Assembly: GCA_902618555.1 (NCBI GenBank)
Contig: CACNAY010000001.1
Span: forward strand, 3,601-67,600
Length of the DNA stretch: 64,000 bases
Direction of reading: 5' to 3'
From: an uncultured Pelagibacteraceae bacterium
GTDB taxonomy: Bacteria; Pseudomonadota; Alphaproteobacteria; Pelagibacterales; Pelagibacteraceae
Shown here: positions 19,564-31,739 of the stretch, piece after piece
Layout: every line of letters starts with the position of its first letter
Position numbering within the stretch: position 1 is the first letter of the stretch
Translations under genes and position numbers: made by a program
The notes under the pieces: model-generated
The model's database searches: none
What the model saw: only the letters and a program-made list of their open reading frames with translations
Told to the model about the DNA's origin: nothing

Positions 19564-20721
19564 ATGAATGCTAAAATAAATGTTTTACAAGTAATTCCAA
19601 AACTCGGGTATGGAGGTGCTGAAACAGGCTGTTATGATATTGCTCATTATCTTGCAGAGCAGGATTGCGGCTCATTTATTGCTACTTCAGGTGGAGAATT
19701 AATTAAATTTGTAAAAAAAAATAAAGTAAAGATTTTTAAACTTCCAGTCCACTCAAAAAATCCAATATTGATTATTCTAAATGCTTTATTTTTATCAATT
19801 TTAATCATTTTCAAAAAAATAAATATTGTACATGCAAGAAGTAGAGCTCCAGCCTGGTCGTGTTATTTTGCATGCATTATTACAAATACAATTTTTGTAA
19901 CAACATTTCATGGAACTTATAATTTTAAAAATAAATTTAAAAAATTTTATAATAGTATTATGTTAAGATCTAGATTAACTATTGCTGGATCAAATTTTAT
20001 TTTTGGCCATATTAATGAGAATTATAACGAATATTTAAATAAGAAAAAAAAATTAAGAGTTATTTTTAGAGGTATTAATATAGATTATTTTAATCAAAAA
20101 AATATCTCAATTTTGAAACAAGAAAGACTTAAGAAAGAGTGGAATATAGATACAAACAAATTTACAATTTTAATGCCAGGTAGATTAACAACATGGAAAG
20201 GTCAAGAAAAATTTGTAGAAGCACTCAATATTCTAATTGAAGATTATAATATTACCAATTTTCAGGCTGTTTTACTTGGTTCTGACCAAGGAAGAAAAGT
20301 TTATTCAAAAAAACTTCATAGTTTAGTTGAAAGATATAACTTAATAAAAAAAGTAAAGTTTATAAATCATTGTAAAGAGATGCCATTAGCTTACTCCCTT
20401 GCAGACGTAGTTGTTTCAGCCTCAATTGAACCTGAGGCTTTTGGTCGAGTAGCTGTAGAATCTCAGTCAATGGGCAAACCAATCATTGCAAGTAATATAG
20501 GAGGATCAAAAGAAACAGTTTTAAATAGAAAATCTGGTTATTTATATAAATATGATGATCCAAGGGAACTTGCGAAAAATTTAAATACTGTTATTCAATT
20601 GAGTCAAGAGGAGTTGAAATTAATGGGAAACGAAGGTAGAAAAAACGTAACAAAAAAATTTGATGTTGAAATAATGTGTGACTCAAATCTTAGAGAATAT
20701 AAGAAACTATTAAAAAATTAA
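19564..20721 (+). CDS. Glycosyltransferase family 4
   Basis: [24 protein letters not shown] and [14 protein letters not shown] at 19564 preferred over the track's TTG at 19543. Confidence 0.9.
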   Translation: MNAKINVLQVIPKLGYGGAETGCYDIAHYLAEQDCGSFIATSGGELIKFVKKNKVKIFKLPVHSKNPILIILNALFLSILIIFKKINIVHARSRAPAWSCYFACIITNTIFVTTFHGTYNFKNKFKKFYNSIMLRSRLTIAGSNFIFGHINENYNEYLNKKKKLRVIFRGINIDYFNQKNISILKQERLKKEWNIDTNKFTILMPGRLTTWKGQEKFVEALNILIEDYNITNFQAVLLGSDQGRKVYSKKLHSLVERYNLIKKVKFINHCKEMPLAYSLADVVVSASIEPEAFGRVAVESQSMGKPIIASNIGGSKETVLNRKSGYLYKYDDPRELAKNLNTVIQLSQEELKLMGNEGRKNVTKKFDVEIMCDSNLREYKKLLKN

Positions 20722-22640
20722 TGCCCCAGATTCAATTATTAGACGGTAAAAAAATTCCTTTTACGAAATCAATAAGTGGATTTGAGCTTACAAAAAAAAT
20801 TAGTAAGTCATTGGAGAAATCTGCTTTAGTTATGGAAGTGAATGGTGAATTAAAAGATTTAAGTTATGAGATTTTCAAAGATTCAAAAGTAAGAATTATT
20901 ACCTCCAAAGATAAAGAAGGTCTTGAAGTTATTAGACATGATGCGGCTCATATAATGGCCATGGCTGTTCAGGAGCTGTTTCCTGGCACACAAGTCACAA
21001 TCGGACCGGTAATAGAAAATGGTTTTTATTATGATTTTGCAAGAAAAGAGCCTTTTACAAGTGATGACTTAATTAAAATTGAAAAAAAAATGTTAGAAAT
21101 AATTGATAGAGACGTCAAAACAAGAAGAGAAGTTTGGGATAGAGATAAAGCTATAACACATTTTAAAAAGATAGGTGAAAAGTATAAGGCTGAAATTATA
21201 GAGAGCATACCTGAAAATGAAGAACTTTCTGTTTATCATCATGGTGATACATGGCATGATTTATGTAGAGGACCACATTTATCTTCTTCAAGTAAAATTG
21301 GAAAAGCATTTAAGTTAACAAAAGTATCAGGAGCATATTGGAGGGGAAACTCTAACAATGAAATGCTACAAAGAATTTATGGAACCTGTTGGAGTTCAAA
21401 AAAAGATTTAGATGAGTATCTTCATAGATTGGAGGAAGCTGAAAAAAGAGATCACAGAAAATTAGGTAAGGAAATGGATTTATTTCATTTTAGAGAAGAG
21501 AGTCCAGGCTCTGTTTTTTGGCACGAAAAGGGATGGTTGTTATTTCAAAGATTAATAGAATATATGAGAATGAAACAAAGGCTTGCAGGATATAAAGAAA
21601 TAAACACACCTGAACTTCTGGACAAATCTCTATGGGAAAAATCGGGACATTGGGAAAAGTTTGGCGAGCATATGTTTACATCAGATACACCAGATGAAAA
21701 GACTTTTGCCGTAAAACCAATGAATTGCCCGGGGTGTGTTCAAGTTTTTAATCAAGGTTTAAAGAGTTATAGAGATTTGCCTTTAAAACTTTCTGAGTTT
21801 GGTAAAGTTCATAGATATGAACCTTCAGGTGCTTTACATGGATTATTAAGAGTAAGAGCTTTTACACAGGATGACGCACACATCTTTTGCACGGAAGATC
21901 AGATAACAGAAGAGTCTCTGTCTGTTACAAAACTTATTTTAGAAATATATAAGGACTTAGGATTTAAAAATGTAATATTGAAGTATTCAGACAGACCCGA
22001 GAAAAGGGTTGGAGACGATGAAGTATGGGATAAGTCGGAAGCTGCTCTTTTAACTGCAATTAAAAAATCTAAACTTGAATACACAATTAATAAAGGGGAG
22101 GGTGCATTTTATGGACCTAAAATTGAATTTGTTTTGCGAGACGCCATAGGAAGGGATTGGCAATGTGGAACTTTGCAGGTAGACTTAAATTTACCAGGAA
22201 GACTGGGAGCGTCTTATGTTGCTAAAGATGGGAGTAAAAAAGTTCCAGTGATGTTACATAGAGCTTTATTTGGTTCTTTAGAAAGATTCATTGGAATTTT
22301 AATTGAAAATTATGCCGGTAAGTTACCTTTTTGGTTAGCTCCGGCTCAAGTAGTTGTTTGCACAATTGCAGATGAAAATAATATTTATGTTAAAAAGTTA
22401 TTTGAAGATCTATTTAAAGAAGGTATAAAATGTGAGATGGATTTGAGAAATGAGAAGATCAACTATAAAGTTAGAGAACATTCTCTTGCAAAAGTGCCAT
22501 ATATTTTTGTTTGTGGAAAAAAAGAAGTTGCAGATAATACCGTAACTGTGCGAAAGTTGGGTTCGGATAAACAAGTGATTATGAAAAGAGAAGAATTAAT
22601 AAAAAATATGATAGACTTAAATAGGCTACCTTTAAATTAA
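20721..22640 (+). CDS. thrS: Threonine--tRNA ligase
   Basis: [26 protein letters not shown] and [13 protein letters not shown]. Confidence 0.98.
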   Translation: MPQIQLLDGKKIPFTKSISGFELTKKISKSLEKSALVMEVNGELKDLSYEIFKDSKVRIITSKDKEGLEVIRHDAAHIMAMAVQELFPGTQVTIGPVIENGFYYDFARKEPFTSDDLIKIEKKMLEIIDRDVKTRREVWDRDKAITHFKKIGEKYKAEIIESIPENEELSVYHHGDTWHDLCRGPHLSSSSKIGKAFKLTKVSGAYWRGNSNNEMLQRIYGTCWSSKKDLDEYLHRLEEAEKRDHRKLGKEMDLFHFREESPGSVFWHEKGWLLFQRLIEYMRMKQRLAGYKEINTPELLDKSLWEKSGHWEKFGEHMFTSDTPDEKTFAVKPMNCPGCVQVFNQGLKSYRDLPLKLSEFGKVHRYEPSGALHGLLRVRAFTQDDAHIFCTEDQITEESLSVTKLILEIYKDLGFKNVILKYSDRPEKRVGDDEVWDKSEAALLTAIKKSKLEYTINKGEGAFYGPKIEFVLRDAIGRDWQCGTLQVDLNLPGRLGASYVAKDGSKKVPVMLHRALFGSLERFIGILIENYAGKLPFWLAPAQVVVCTIADENNIYVKKLFEDLFKEGIKCEMDLRNEKINYKVREHSLAKVPYIFVCGKKEVADNTVTVRKLGSDKQVIMKREELIKNMIDLNRLPLN

Positions 22641-23186
22641 GTGTCGAACTCTAAACCAAATTATTTTCATAGAAGAACAAAACCTCAAGGTCCTAGGGCT
22701 AACGAAAGGATAAGAGCTTTGGATGTTCAAGTAATTGGAAGCGATGGTTCTAATATTGGCGTTCTCCCTTTAAAGAGGGCAATAGAGTTGGCTAGACAAG
22801 AAGATTTAGATTTGATCGAGATTTCACCCAATGCAAATCCTCCTGTTTGTAAAATTATGGACATAGGTAAATATAAATATGATCTTCAAAAAAAAGCAAA
22901 TTTAGCAAAGAAAAAACAAAAAACTGTTTCACTAAAAGAAATAAAATTAAGACCAGGAACAGAAACCCATGATTATAATTTTAAAATAAAAAATGCAAAA
23001 AAATTTATAGTAAAAGGAGATAAAGTTAAGTTTACCGTAAAATTTAAGGGTAGAGAAATGCAACATACTGATTTGGGAAAAGAATTAATGAATAAAATCA
23101 TTGAAGAGACAAAAGATGTAGCAAAAGTCGAGAGTCACCCTAAATTTGAGGGTAAGCAAATGGTTATGATTATTCAACCTATTTAA
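22641..23186 (+). CDS. infC: Translation initiation factor IF-3
   Basis: LDLIEISPNANPPVCKIMD, KEIKLRP and FKGRE; GTG start; thrS-infC-rpmI-rplT synteny. Confidence 0.96.
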   Translation: MSNSKPNYFHRRTKPQGPRANERIRALDVQVIGSDGSNIGVLPLKRAIELARQEDLDLIEISPNANPPVCKIMDIGKYKYDLQKKANLAKKKQKTVSLKEIKLRPGTETHDYNFKIKNAKKFIVKGDKVKFTVKFKGREMQHTDLGKELMNKIIEETKDVAKVESHPKFEGKQMVMIIQPI

Positions 23187-23204
23187 ATTAATCATAATAG
23201 TCAC

Positions 23205-23233
23205 TTGCTATGATTAATTATTGTCTATATAAG
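23205..23233 (+). promoter_or_regulatory. Candidate sigma70 promoter for rpmI-rplT
   Basis: TTGCTA-17 nt-TATAAG just upstream of rpmI. Confidence 0.35.
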
Positions 23234-23246
23234 TCCTGAAATATTT

Positions 23247-23453
23247 ATGCCAAAATTAAAAACTAAAAGCTCTGCTAAAAAAAGATTTAGATTTACTGCT
23301 TCAGGAAAAATTAAAATGCCCCAAGCAGGAAAACGTCATGGAATGATTAAAAGAACAAATTCACAAATCAGAAAACAAAGAGGCACAACGATAATGACAA
23401 AGCAAGACTCAAAAATTGTAAAGTCGTATATGCCATATAACTTGAGAGGATAA
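23247..23453 (+). CDS. rpmI: 50S ribosomal protein L35
   Basis: [21 protein letters not shown]. Confidence 0.97.
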   Translation: MPKLKTKSSAKKRFRFTASGKIKMPQAGKRHGMIKRTNSQIRKQRGTTIMTKQDSKIVKSYMPYNLRG

Positions 23454-23454
23454 T

Positions 23455-23811
23455 ATGGCAAGAACAAAACGTGGTGTTGTAAGTAGAGCGAAACATAAAA
23501 AAGTTTTAAAATCAGTAAAAGGTCAGTACGGTAGAAGAAAAAACACCATCAGAATAGCTCGTCAAGCAATGGAAAAAGCGATGCAATATGCATATAGAGA
23601 TAGACGAGCAAAAAAAAGGGAATTTAGATCATTGTGGATCCAAAGAATAAATGCGGGTGTTAGAGCTGAGGGTCTTACGTATGCAAAATTTATTAATGGT
23701 TTAGCTAAATCTAAAATTAAATTAGATAGAAAAGTTTTAGCTGAATTAGCTTACAACAATCCAGAAGTCTTTAAATCAGTAGTAAAAAAGGTTCAATCCT
23801 CCCTTGGATAA
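23455..23811 (+). CDS. rplT: 50S ribosomal protein L20
   Basis: MARTKRGV...[23 protein letters not shown]. Confidence 0.98.
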   Translation: MARTKRGVVSRAKHKKVLKSVKGQYGRRKNTIRIARQAMEKAMQYAYRDRRAKKREFRSLWIQRINAGVRAEGLTYAKFINGLAKSKIKLDRKVLAELAYNNPEVFKSVVKKVQSSLG

Positions 23812-23860
23812 AAGGGTCTTTGATTTAACGCAAACTTTAATATAAAAAATCAATTAACCG

Positions 23861-24928
23861 ATGAGTGATTTGGATAAAATAAATTCTATTTTTAATGCAA
23901 AGATTGATTCTGTTAAGAATAAGGAAGATTTACAAAATTTAAAAACAGAGTTTTTTGGAAAAAATGGGCAAATCACGCAACAATTCAAAAAACTAGGCGC
24001 GCTAGAACCTGTTAAGAGAAAAGATTTTGCTTCAAATTTAAATAAAATTAAAGATGATTTATCTAATCAAATTGAACAGAAAAGTTTTGAAATAGAAAAT
24101 GCGGAAATCAGCGATAAATTAAAAAATGAAAAAGTTGATGTAACTTTACCGATCCGACCATATCAACAAGGAAAAATTCATCCAGTTTCTCAAGTTATAG
24201 ATGAAATTTCCTCTATTTTTTCTGAAATAGGTTTTACTGTTGCAGAAGGTCCGGATGTCGAAACTGAGTATAATAATTTTACGGCATTAAACACACCAGA
24301 GGATCATCCAGCAAGGGATATGCATGACACATTTTATTTAGAAAAAAATAAAAAACTTCTTTTGAGAACGCACACTTCTCCTGTTCAAATAAGAGCAATG
24401 CTTGATGGAAAACCACCATTTAAAATAATTGTTCCCGGAAGAACTTATAGATGCGATAGTGATCAAACTCATGCTCCAATGTTTCATCAATTAGAAGGTC
24501 TTCACATTGATAGAAATATTACTATGGGCCATCTTAAGGGATGCTTGGATTATTTTATTAAAGAATTTTTTGAGGTCAAAAATGTTAAAATGAGATTTAG
24601 ACCTAGTCATTTTCCATTCACCGAACCATCTGCTGAAGTAGATATTGGATATAGAGTTGAGAATGAAAAAATTATAATTGGTGAAGGAGATAAATGGTTA
24701 GAAATCTTAGGTTGTGGGATGGTACATCCCAATGTTCTAAAAAATGCAAAAGTTGATCCAAAAAAATATCAAGGATTTGCATTCGGCATGGGTATTGATC
24801 GTTTGGCTATGTTAAAATATGGAATTAACGATCTAAGAGCTTTTTTTGAAACAGATTATAGATGGTTAAGTCATTTTGGTTTTGATCCTTTAGACGTGCC
24901 GACTAATTATAGAGGTTTAAGCAAATGA
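23861..24928 (+). CDS. pheS: Phenylalanine--tRNA ligase alpha subunit
   Basis: [26 protein letters not shown] and [10 protein letters not shown]. Confidence 0.98.
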   Translation: MSDLDKINSIFNAKIDSVKNKEDLQNLKTEFFGKNGQITQQFKKLGALEPVKRKDFASNLNKIKDDLSNQIEQKSFEIENAEISDKLKNEKVDVTLPIRPYQQGKIHPVSQVIDEISSIFSEIGFTVAEGPDVETEYNNFTALNTPEDHPARDMHDTFYLEKNKKLLLRTHTSPVQIRAMLDGKPPFKIIVPGRTYRCDSDQTHAPMFHQLEGLHIDRNITMGHLKGCLDYFIKEFFEVKNVKMRFRPSHFPFTEPSAEVDIGYRVENEKIIIGEGDKWLEILGCGMVHPNVLKNAKVDPKKYQGFAFGMGIDRLAMLKYGINDLRAFFETDYRWLSHFGFDPLDVPTNYRGLSK

Positions 24929-27327
24929 TTATTACACTTCCATGGTTAAAAGAGCATTTGAAAACTAATGCAAACGAAAACGAAATTATTAGCAAACTCA
25001 CTAATATCGGCTTAGAGGTTGAAAGTGCAAAAGAAAACTCTGGAGAGCTAAGTGAATTTAAAATAGCTAAAATTATCAAATCTGAGAAACATCCTAACGC
25101 AGATAAATTAAAAGTGTGCGATGTAAACATTGGCGGAAAAGAAACTTTAAAAGTTGTATGTGGAGCGTCTAACGCAAGAGATGGTCTTATAACAATTTAT
25201 GCTCCGCCTGGGGCCATAATACCTAAAACAAAATTTCAATTAAAAATTGCTAAAATAAGGGGAGTCGAGTCTCACGGAATGTTGTGTTCTGAAAGTGAAT
25301 TAAATTTATCAGATGAGAGTGATGGAATAATAGAGCTTAATGTTAAGGAAAAAGATATAGGAAAAAGTTACTTTAAAAGTAAATTGGAAAAATCAATCGA
25401 TATAGCAATTACGCCAAATAGACCAGACTGTTTAGGCATAAGAGGTATTGCGAGAGATTTATCTTCTACTGGAATAGGCAAATTAATAACTATAAAAAGA
25501 AAAAAGATAAAACAAAGCTACAAACATAAAGTTAAGACCTCAATTACTAAAGATAAGCATCAAGGGTGTCTAACATTTGGAAGCTGTTATATTAAAAATA
25601 TAGTCAATAAAGAAAGTCCTGAATGGTTAAAAAATAAACTGCATGCCCTTGGCTTAAAACCAATTTCTGCAGTTGTTGACATCACTAATTATGTGATGTT
25701 TGATTTGAACCGTCCGCTACACGCTTACGATGCAGATAAAATTGATAAAGAGATTATTGTCAGAGATTCAAAAGAGGGTGAAGAGTTTGAAGCATTAGAC
25801 AATAAAAAATATAAACTTAATAAAGGTATGTGTGTTATTACTGATAAGTCTAGTGTTCTGGGCCTTGGTGGAATTATTGGGGGAACAAAAACTTCGACAG
25901 AGTTTGACACTAAAAATATTTTACTTGAGTCTGCATATTTTCTACCATCTTCCATCAGAAAAACATCTCGAGAGCTAGCAATTAACACTGATGCAAAATA
26001 TAGATTTGAAAGAGGCATCGATCCCAATTCTATATTAGAGGGCTTAAAAGTTGCTACCGATTTGATATTGAAAATTTGTGGAGGGGAAGCAAGCAAATTT
26101 GAAATTACTGGAAAAAATTCTCAAAAAAGTAAAATTATTAATTTTAATATTGATAATTTTGAAAATTTAATTGGTATACCAATATCTCTCAAAGAGGCAC
26201 AAAAGATTCTGATTTCATTAGGTTTTGTTTGCAAAAAAGGAAAAAAAGATCTTAAAGTAGAAATTCCTTCATGGAGACCAGATATTAATCAAGATGTAGA
26301 TATAATTGAGGAACTTATTAGAATTAAAGGTTTCAAAAATATTAAATTAATCACACCCGAGAGAATAAGAGAAAGTGAAACTTTAAATTTTAAACAAAAG
26401 CTATTTCATCTGTCACAAAGATCTCTTGCATCAAAAGGATTTCTCGAGTCAGTTACCTGGTCATTTACCGATTCTAAGATTGATAGTCAATTTTCAAAGG
26501 GTGAAAAAGAAATTCCAATTTTGAATCCAATATCCTCTGACCTTAATGTTTTGAGAAGATCAATCTTTTCAAATCTTTCACTTTACCTAAAAAAAAACCA
26601 AGATAGAGGTTATGAAGATGTATCTTTATTTGAAATAGGACCAGTGTTTTTTGGAAAAAATCCTGGAGAACAACAAATTGTAGTTGGTGCTTTAAAGTCA
26701 GGGAAAGTAAATAGAAAAAGCTGGATTGAGAAGGAGAGAAATATAGATGTGTTTGATATAAAAAGTGACGTAGTCAAAACTTTAATTGAACTTGGGGTAT
26801 CTGAAAAAGATTTATTTATAAACGATAAAACAAAACAGTGTTATCATCCAGGAAGATCCGGTTCTATAAATCTAAAATCAGAAAAGGGACCTCATCTTGC
26901 ATACTTTGGAGAACTACATCCTGCCATAATAAAAAGATTAGATTTTAAAGAACCAAATGTTTATGGTCTGGAAATATTTTTAAAGAATATACCCGAACCT
27001 AATAAAAAAATCAGACAAACAAAGAGAAGTTTTCAACCATCCGATTTTCAAAAATCTCAAAGGGATTTTGCTTTTGTAGTTGATAAAATTTTTAAAATAG
27101 GCTTACTAGAAAAAATCATAAAAGATATTGACACTTCAATTATTCAAGAAGTGACTACTTTTGATATTTACGAAGGCGGAAATATTCCTAAAGATAAAAA
27201 ATCAGTCGCGATTAATGTTACTTTGCAATCCACAAATAAAACTTTAAGCGAAAAAGATTTAGATCAGATAAGCAAAAAAATCATTGAGGTCGTAAAAGAA
27301 AAAACCGGCGCTGTAATTAGGTCCTAA
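24925..27327 (+). CDS. pheT: Phenylalanine--tRNA ligase beta subunit
   Basis: [33 protein letters not shown] and C-terminal FDX-ACB domain. Confidence 0.97.
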   Translation: MIITLPWLKEHLKTNANENEIISKLTNIGLEVESAKENSGELSEFKIAKIIKSEKHPNADKLKVCDVNIGGKETLKVVCGASNARDGLITIYAPPGAIIPKTKFQLKIAKIRGVESHGMLCSESELNLSDESDGIIELNVKEKDIGKSYFKSKLEKSIDIAITPNRPDCLGIRGIARDLSSTGIGKLITIKRKKIKQSYKHKVKTSITKDKHQGCLTFGSCYIKNIVNKESPEWLKNKLHALGLKPISAVVDITNYVMFDLNRPLHAYDADKIDKEIIVRDSKEGEEFEALDNKKYKLNKGMCVITDKSSVLGLGGIIGGTKTSTEFDTKNILLESAYFLPSSIRKTSRELAINTDAKYRFERGIDPNSILEGLKVATDLILKICGGEASKFEITGKNSQKSKIINFNIDNFENLIGIPISLKEAQKILISLGFVCKKGKKDLKVEIPSWRPDINQDVDIIEELIRIKGFKNIKLITPERIRESETLNFKQKLFHLSQRSLASKGFLESVTWSFTDSKIDSQFSKGEKEIPILNPISSDLNVLRRSIFSNLSLYLKKNQDRGYEDVSLFEIGPVFFGKNPGEQQIVVGALKSGKVNRKSWIEKERNIDVFDIKSDVVKTLIELGVSEKDLFINDKTKQCYHPGRSGSINLKSEKGPHLAYFGELHPAIIKRLDFKEPNVYGLEIFLKNIPEPNKKIRQTKRSFQPSDFQKSQRDFAFVVDKIFKIGLLEKIIKDIDTSIIQEVTTFDIYEGGNIPKDKKSVAINVTLQSTNKTLSEKDLDQISKKIIEVVKEKTGAVIRS

Positions 27328-29136
27328 ATGTCAGATATAAAAAGAATACGTAATTTTTCTATAATTGCGCATATTGATCACGGTAAATCAACAATTGCGG
27401 ATAGAATTATTCATAAATGTGGAGGCTTAACTGAGCGTGAGATGAAGCAACAAGTTTTGGACTCGATGGATATAGAAAGAGAGCGGGGCATCACAATAAA
27501 AGCTCAGACTGTAAAACTGAAATATAAATCAAAAGACGGAAAAGACTATATATTGAATATTATAGATACGCCTGGGCATGTCGATTTTGGCTATGAGGTA
27601 AGTAGATCATTATCTGCTTGTGAGGGTTCCCTTCTGATTGTGGATAGTACTCAAGGAGTAGAAGCACAAACTCTAGCTAATGTTTATCAAGCGCTTGATA
27701 TTAACCATGAAGTAATACCTATTTTAAACAAAATTGATCTACCTGCGTCAGACATAGAAAAAACAAAAAAAGAAATTGAAGATGTTGTTGGTATCGAAAC
27801 AACAAATGCTATTTCATGTTCAGGCAAAACTGGAGAAGGAATTGATAATATTTTAGAAGCAATTATAAATAAGTTGCCGCCTCCAAAGGGAGAACCAAAT
27901 GAAAAATTAAAATGTTTATTGGTGGATAGTTGGTACGATAGTTATTTAGGTGTTGTTATTCTTGTAAGAGTTATTGATGGTAAACTTAAAAAAGGTATGA
28001 AAATAAAATTAATGTCTAATAATCAAGAGCACGTAATTGAAAAAGTTGGAGTATTTACTCCTAAACCAAATGACATTTCTGAGCTAAATTCAGGCGAAAT
28101 AGGTTTTATTATTACCGGAATTAAGTCTTTATCGGAAACAAAAGTAGGAGACACAATATGTGATGCCTCCAATTTAATTAATGAACCTCTCCCAGGTTTT
28201 AAACCAAGCAAACCTGTAGTTTTTTGTGGTTTATTTCCAGTAGACAGTTCTGAATATCAAAAATTAAAAGACGGATTAGCTAAATTAAAATTAAATGATG
28301 CTAGCTTCTCGTATGAACCAGAGTCATCAAGTGCGCTAGGTCTTGGATTCAGGTGTGGATTCTTAGGATTATTACATCTCGAAATAATTACCGAAAGATT
28401 AGAAAGAGAATTTGATGTAAATTTAATCACCACTACACCTGGAGTAATTTACAAAGTACATAAAACAAAAGGTAAAATCCTTAATTTACAAAATCCTTCA
28501 AATATGCCCGATCCTTCACAAATAGAAAAAATCGAAGAACCATGGATTAAATCTACTGTGATAACTCCGGATGAGTATCTAGGATCAATAATCAAAATTT
28601 GCCAAGATAAAAGAGGTGTACAAACTAATCTTTCTTATACAGGTAACAGAGCAGTGCTATCTTATGATCTCCCACTCAATGAAGTCGTTTTCGATTTTAA
28701 TGATAGGTTAAAATCTGTTTCAAGCGGTTATGCTAGTTTTGATTATGAAATTTCAGGCTACAGGGAAGGAGATCTTGTAAAGTTGGGGATTTTAGTCAAT
28801 TCAGAACCAGTTGATGCACTAGCTATGATTATTCACAAAGATTTTGCTCAAAAAACTGGGAGACAAGTTTGTGAAAAATTAAAAGACTTAATTCCAAGGC
28901 ATAATTTTATGATACCAGTCCAAGCTGCAATAGGAGGAAAAATTGTAGCAAGAGAGTCAATAAAGGGATTTAAAAAAGATGTATTGACCAAAATTCATGG
29001 TGGTGGCGCTACTGACCGTAAAAGAAAACTTTTGGAAAAGCAAAAAAAAGGAAAAGCTAGATCTAAACAATTTGGAAAAGTTGAGATTCCCCAAGAAGCC
29101 TTTATCGGAGTTTTGAAAATTAATAAAGAAAACTAA
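27328..29136 (+). CDS. lepA: Elongation factor 4
   Basis: [24 protein letters not shown] and [11 protein letters not shown]. Confidence 0.98.
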   Translation: MSDIKRIRNFSIIAHIDHGKSTIADRIIHKCGGLTEREMKQQVLDSMDIERERGITIKAQTVKLKYKSKDGKDYILNIIDTPGHVDFGYEVSRSLSACEGSLLIVDSTQGVEAQTLANVYQALDINHEVIPILNKIDLPASDIEKTKKEIEDVVGIETTNAISCSGKTGEGIDNILEAIINKLPPPKGEPNEKLKCLLVDSWYDSYLGVVILVRVIDGKLKKGMKIKLMSNNQEHVIEKVGVFTPKPNDISELNSGEIGFIITGIKSLSETKVGDTICDASNLINEPLPGFKPSKPVVFCGLFPVDSSEYQKLKDGLAKLKLNDASFSYEPESSSALGLGFRCGFLGLLHLEIITERLEREFDVNLITTTPGVIYKVHKTKGKILNLQNPSNMPDPSQIEKIEEPWIKSTVITPDEYLGSIIKICQDKRGVQTNLSYTGNRAVLSYDLPLNEVVFDFNDRLKSVSSGYASFDYEISGYREGDLVKLGILVNSEPVDALAMIIHKDFAQKTGRQVCEKLKDLIPRHNFMIPVQAAIGGKIVARESIKGFKKDVLTKIHGGGATDRKRKLLEKQKKGKARSKQFGKVEIPQEAFIGVLKINKEN

Positions 29137-30158
29137 TGAAAAATAAACTATTTATCTTTTCAAATGAAAGTATTTCCCTAAAAGAAAATAAATATTTTTG
29201 TGATAATCTAGACTCAAAATCTACTCCAGAAGCTTTAAACAAAAAATTTGATGTTAATTTATTTGGAAGAAAGTCTAAAAAGCAAAGATCACATGAAATT
29301 AAATTAAAAAAAGTCAAAATTTTTTCAAATATTTTTTCTTACTTATCGGAAATAATAAAATCTACAAAAGTTGATAATACCAAGTATCTTATAATTTCTA
29401 TATCACCATACACTTTTATCATTTGCGTAATTTTGAAACTCTTTGGTAAAACACCAATTGTATACTTAAGAAGTGATGGATATGGTGAATATAAAGCTAT
29501 CCTAGGCAATTTTGGAAAATTAATTTATCATTTGATGTTTAGTTTTATATCTTTAATCTCAAATTTGATAAGTTGCAGAAAATATATTTTACGAGGACAT
29601 AAAGGCAAGGTTGTTTATCCGTCTCAAATCGACTCTGTTTGGTTAAGAAAACCTAAACAACCAGATTTAAAAAATTTTAAATTATTATATGTGGGAAGAA
29701 TCAGGGTAGAAAAAGGTATATTCTCTCTTGCTAAAATTATTAAAAATAAACGTAATATATTTTTAACGATTGTAGGCGGAGAAAAAAATACATCTTACAA
29801 AATAAATCAAAGCAATGTTAATATTCAGACAACTCAGAATAACAAACTAAGATTAATTAAATATTATGATGACCACAATATATTTGTATTACCCTCATTT
29901 ACCGAAGGCCATCCCATGGTTTTGCTAGAAGCTTTAGCTAGGAGAAGACCAGTCGTAATTTTTGATGAAATCAAGCACGTAATTGGAAACAAAAGAGGCA
30001 TTTTCATCTCTAAAAGAAATTTTTTGAATTTCTTTGAAACGATAAACCATATTAAAAAAAATTATAAGAAAATTCAAAAGGATATGACTAAAAATAATTT
30101 ACCTACAAATAAAGAGTTCATTATTGAATTTAATAAATCAATTGATGATTTTAAATAA
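29136..30158 (+). CDS. GT-B (family 4-like) glycosyltransferase
   Basis: YVGRIRVEKG and LPSFTEGHPMVLLEA. Confidence 0.85.
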   Translation: MKNKLFIFSNESISLKENKYFCDNLDSKSTPEALNKKFDVNLFGRKSKKQRSHEIKLKKVKIFSNIFSYLSEIIKSTKVDNTKYLIISISPYTFIICVILKLFGKTPIVYLRSDGYGEYKAILGNFGKLIYHLMFSFISLISNLISCRKYILRGHKGKVVYPSQIDSVWLRKPKQPDLKNFKLLYVGRIRVEKGIFSLAKIIKNKRNIFLTIVGGEKNTSYKINQSNVNIQTTQNNKLRLIKYYDDHNIFVLPSFTEGHPMVLLEALARRRPVVIFDEIKHVIGNKRGIFISKRNFLNFFETINHIKKNYKKIQKDMTKNNLPTNKEFIIEFNKSIDDFK

Positions 30159-30163
30159 AAGAG

Positions 30164-31111
30164 ATGATAGAGAAATTAAAAATAAAAAAATTTTCAAATA
30201 ACGTGAATACCCCAAAGTCAATAATTACAGGTGGCGCAGGCTTTATAGGCAGTAATTTGGTGGATCATTTGATAAACATTGGCCACAAAGTTGTTGTTTT
30301 AGATAATTTTGTATCAGGAAAGAAATCTAACTTAGCCCAACATAAAAAAAAAGATTTGAAGATTGTAAAAATTGACATATCAAAGGGGAAAAATTTAGCC
30401 AAATACTTTAAAGGAGCCGATTACATTTTTCATTTAGCTGCTTTAGCTCAAATTATACCAAGCATTAAAAATCCAAAAAAATATTATAAAAATAATGTCA
30501 TTGGTACACTTAATGTAGTAGAGGGTGCAAAAAAAGTAAAAATTAAAAAATTAATTTATGCTGCATCAGCAAGTTGTTATGGCACACCAAAAAGCTTTCC
30601 AACATCAGAAAAAGATAAAATTGATCTTAGACATCCTTATGCAGTTACAAAATTTATTGGCGAGGAAATAGTAATGAGATACGCATCAATGTTTAATATG
30701 CCTAATATCTCTCTCAGATTTTTTAATGTTTATGGCCCAAGATTAGATATCTTAAGTCAATACAGTGCTGTCATGGGTAACTTTATATCACAAAAAAAAA
30801 ATAAAAAACCTTTAACAGTCGTTGGAGACGGTAAGCAGACTAGAGATTTTATACACGTTGATGACCTAGTAAGCGCTTTAGTAAAAGTAATACAAAGTAA
30901 ATCAGTTAATAAAATATATAATTTAGGTTCAGGAAAAAGGACATCAATTAATACTATCGCTAAATTATTTGGAGGTAAAAAGAAATTTATACCATTTAGG
31001 CCAGGAGAACCTAAAAATTCTCAAGCAAATATATTAAAAATAAAAAAAGAGATTAATTGGAAACCAAAGATTTCTATCGAGGAAGGAATTAAAAAACTTT
31101 TAAAAAGGTAA
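30164..31111 (+). CDS. NAD-dependent nucleotide-sugar epimerase
   Basis: TGGAGFIGS, FHLAA, YAVTK, RFFNVYGP and GDGKQTRDF. Confidence 0.92.
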   Translation: MIEKLKIKKFSNNVNTPKSIITGGAGFIGSNLVDHLINIGHKVVVLDNFVSGKKSNLAQHKKKDLKIVKIDISKGKNLAKYFKGADYIFHLAALAQIIPSIKNPKKYYKNNVIGTLNVVEGAKKVKIKKLIYAASASCYGTPKSFPTSEKDKIDLRHPYAVTKFIGEEIVMRYASMFNMPNISLRFFNVYGPRLDILSQYSAVMGNFISQKKNKKPLTVVGDGKQTRDFIHVDDLVSALVKVIQSKSVNKIYNLGSGKRTSINTIAKLFGGKKKFIPFRPGEPKNSQANILKIKKEINWKPKISIEEGIKKLLKR

Positions 31112-31177
31112 TTTTTTCTTAAATTTAGAAGACTAAAAGAAATTGAATTCAATAAAAGTATTAGCTAATAATTTAAT

Positions 31178-31555
31178 ATGAAAAAAAAAGAAAATAATAA
31201 AAGTTTTGGAATTTTATTTTTTATAATATTTTTATTGATAGCTTTTTGGCCATTGATTTATTCAGACTCAATAAGATTATGGGCATTTGTTGTGGCATCG
31301 ATATTTTTAGTTTTGGGCATTACAAACTCTAAAATTCTTACGCCTGCTAAAAAAAGTTGGATAAAACTTGGTGAAATTTTAGGAAAGATTATCGCCCCTA
31401 TTGTAATGGGATTTATTTATTTCATAATTATAACTCCTATTGGTCTTTTGATGCGTTTAGCTGGCAAAGATATTCTAAATCTTAAGTTTAATAAAGATGA
31501 CTCGTATTGGATTAAAAGAACAAAAAATATAAATACAATGAAAAGGCAATTTTAG
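31178..31555 (+). CDS. SxtJ-family membrane protein
   Basis: KSFG, W..LG..LG, IITPIGLLMRLAGKD.L, SYWIKR and terminal MKRQF are characteristic of SxtJ-like proteins. Confidence 0.85.
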   Translation: MKKKENNKSFGILFFIIFLLIAFWPLIYSDSIRLWAFVVASIFLVLGITNSKILTPAKKSWIKLGEILGKIIAPIVMGFIYFIIITPIGLLMRLAGKDILNLKFNKDDSYWIKRTKNINTMKRQF

Positions 31556-31708
31556 ATGTTAAGTTTTTTTAAAGAATTTTATCTATTTCTAAAAGAAAGA
31601 AAAAAATATTGGTTATTTCCTATCATTATTGTTTTAGCTTTATTTGGCGCTTTAATAGTTTTAAGTCAGGGATCAGTAGTAGCACCTTTTATTTATACGA
31701 TTTTTTAA
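31556..31708 (+). CDS. SxtK-like small membrane protein (DUF5989), 50 aa; absent from the ORF track
   Basis: MLSFFKEFYLFLKERKKYWLFPIIIVLALFGALIVLSQGSVVAPFIYTIF with RKKYWL.P and APFIYT.F signatures; starts directly after the SxtJ stop. Confidence 0.88.
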   Translation: MLSFFKEFYLFLKERKKYWLFPIIIVLALFGALIVLSQGSVVAPFIYTIF

Positions 31709-31739
31709 ATTAAATCTTAATGATTGAGAAAAATAAATT

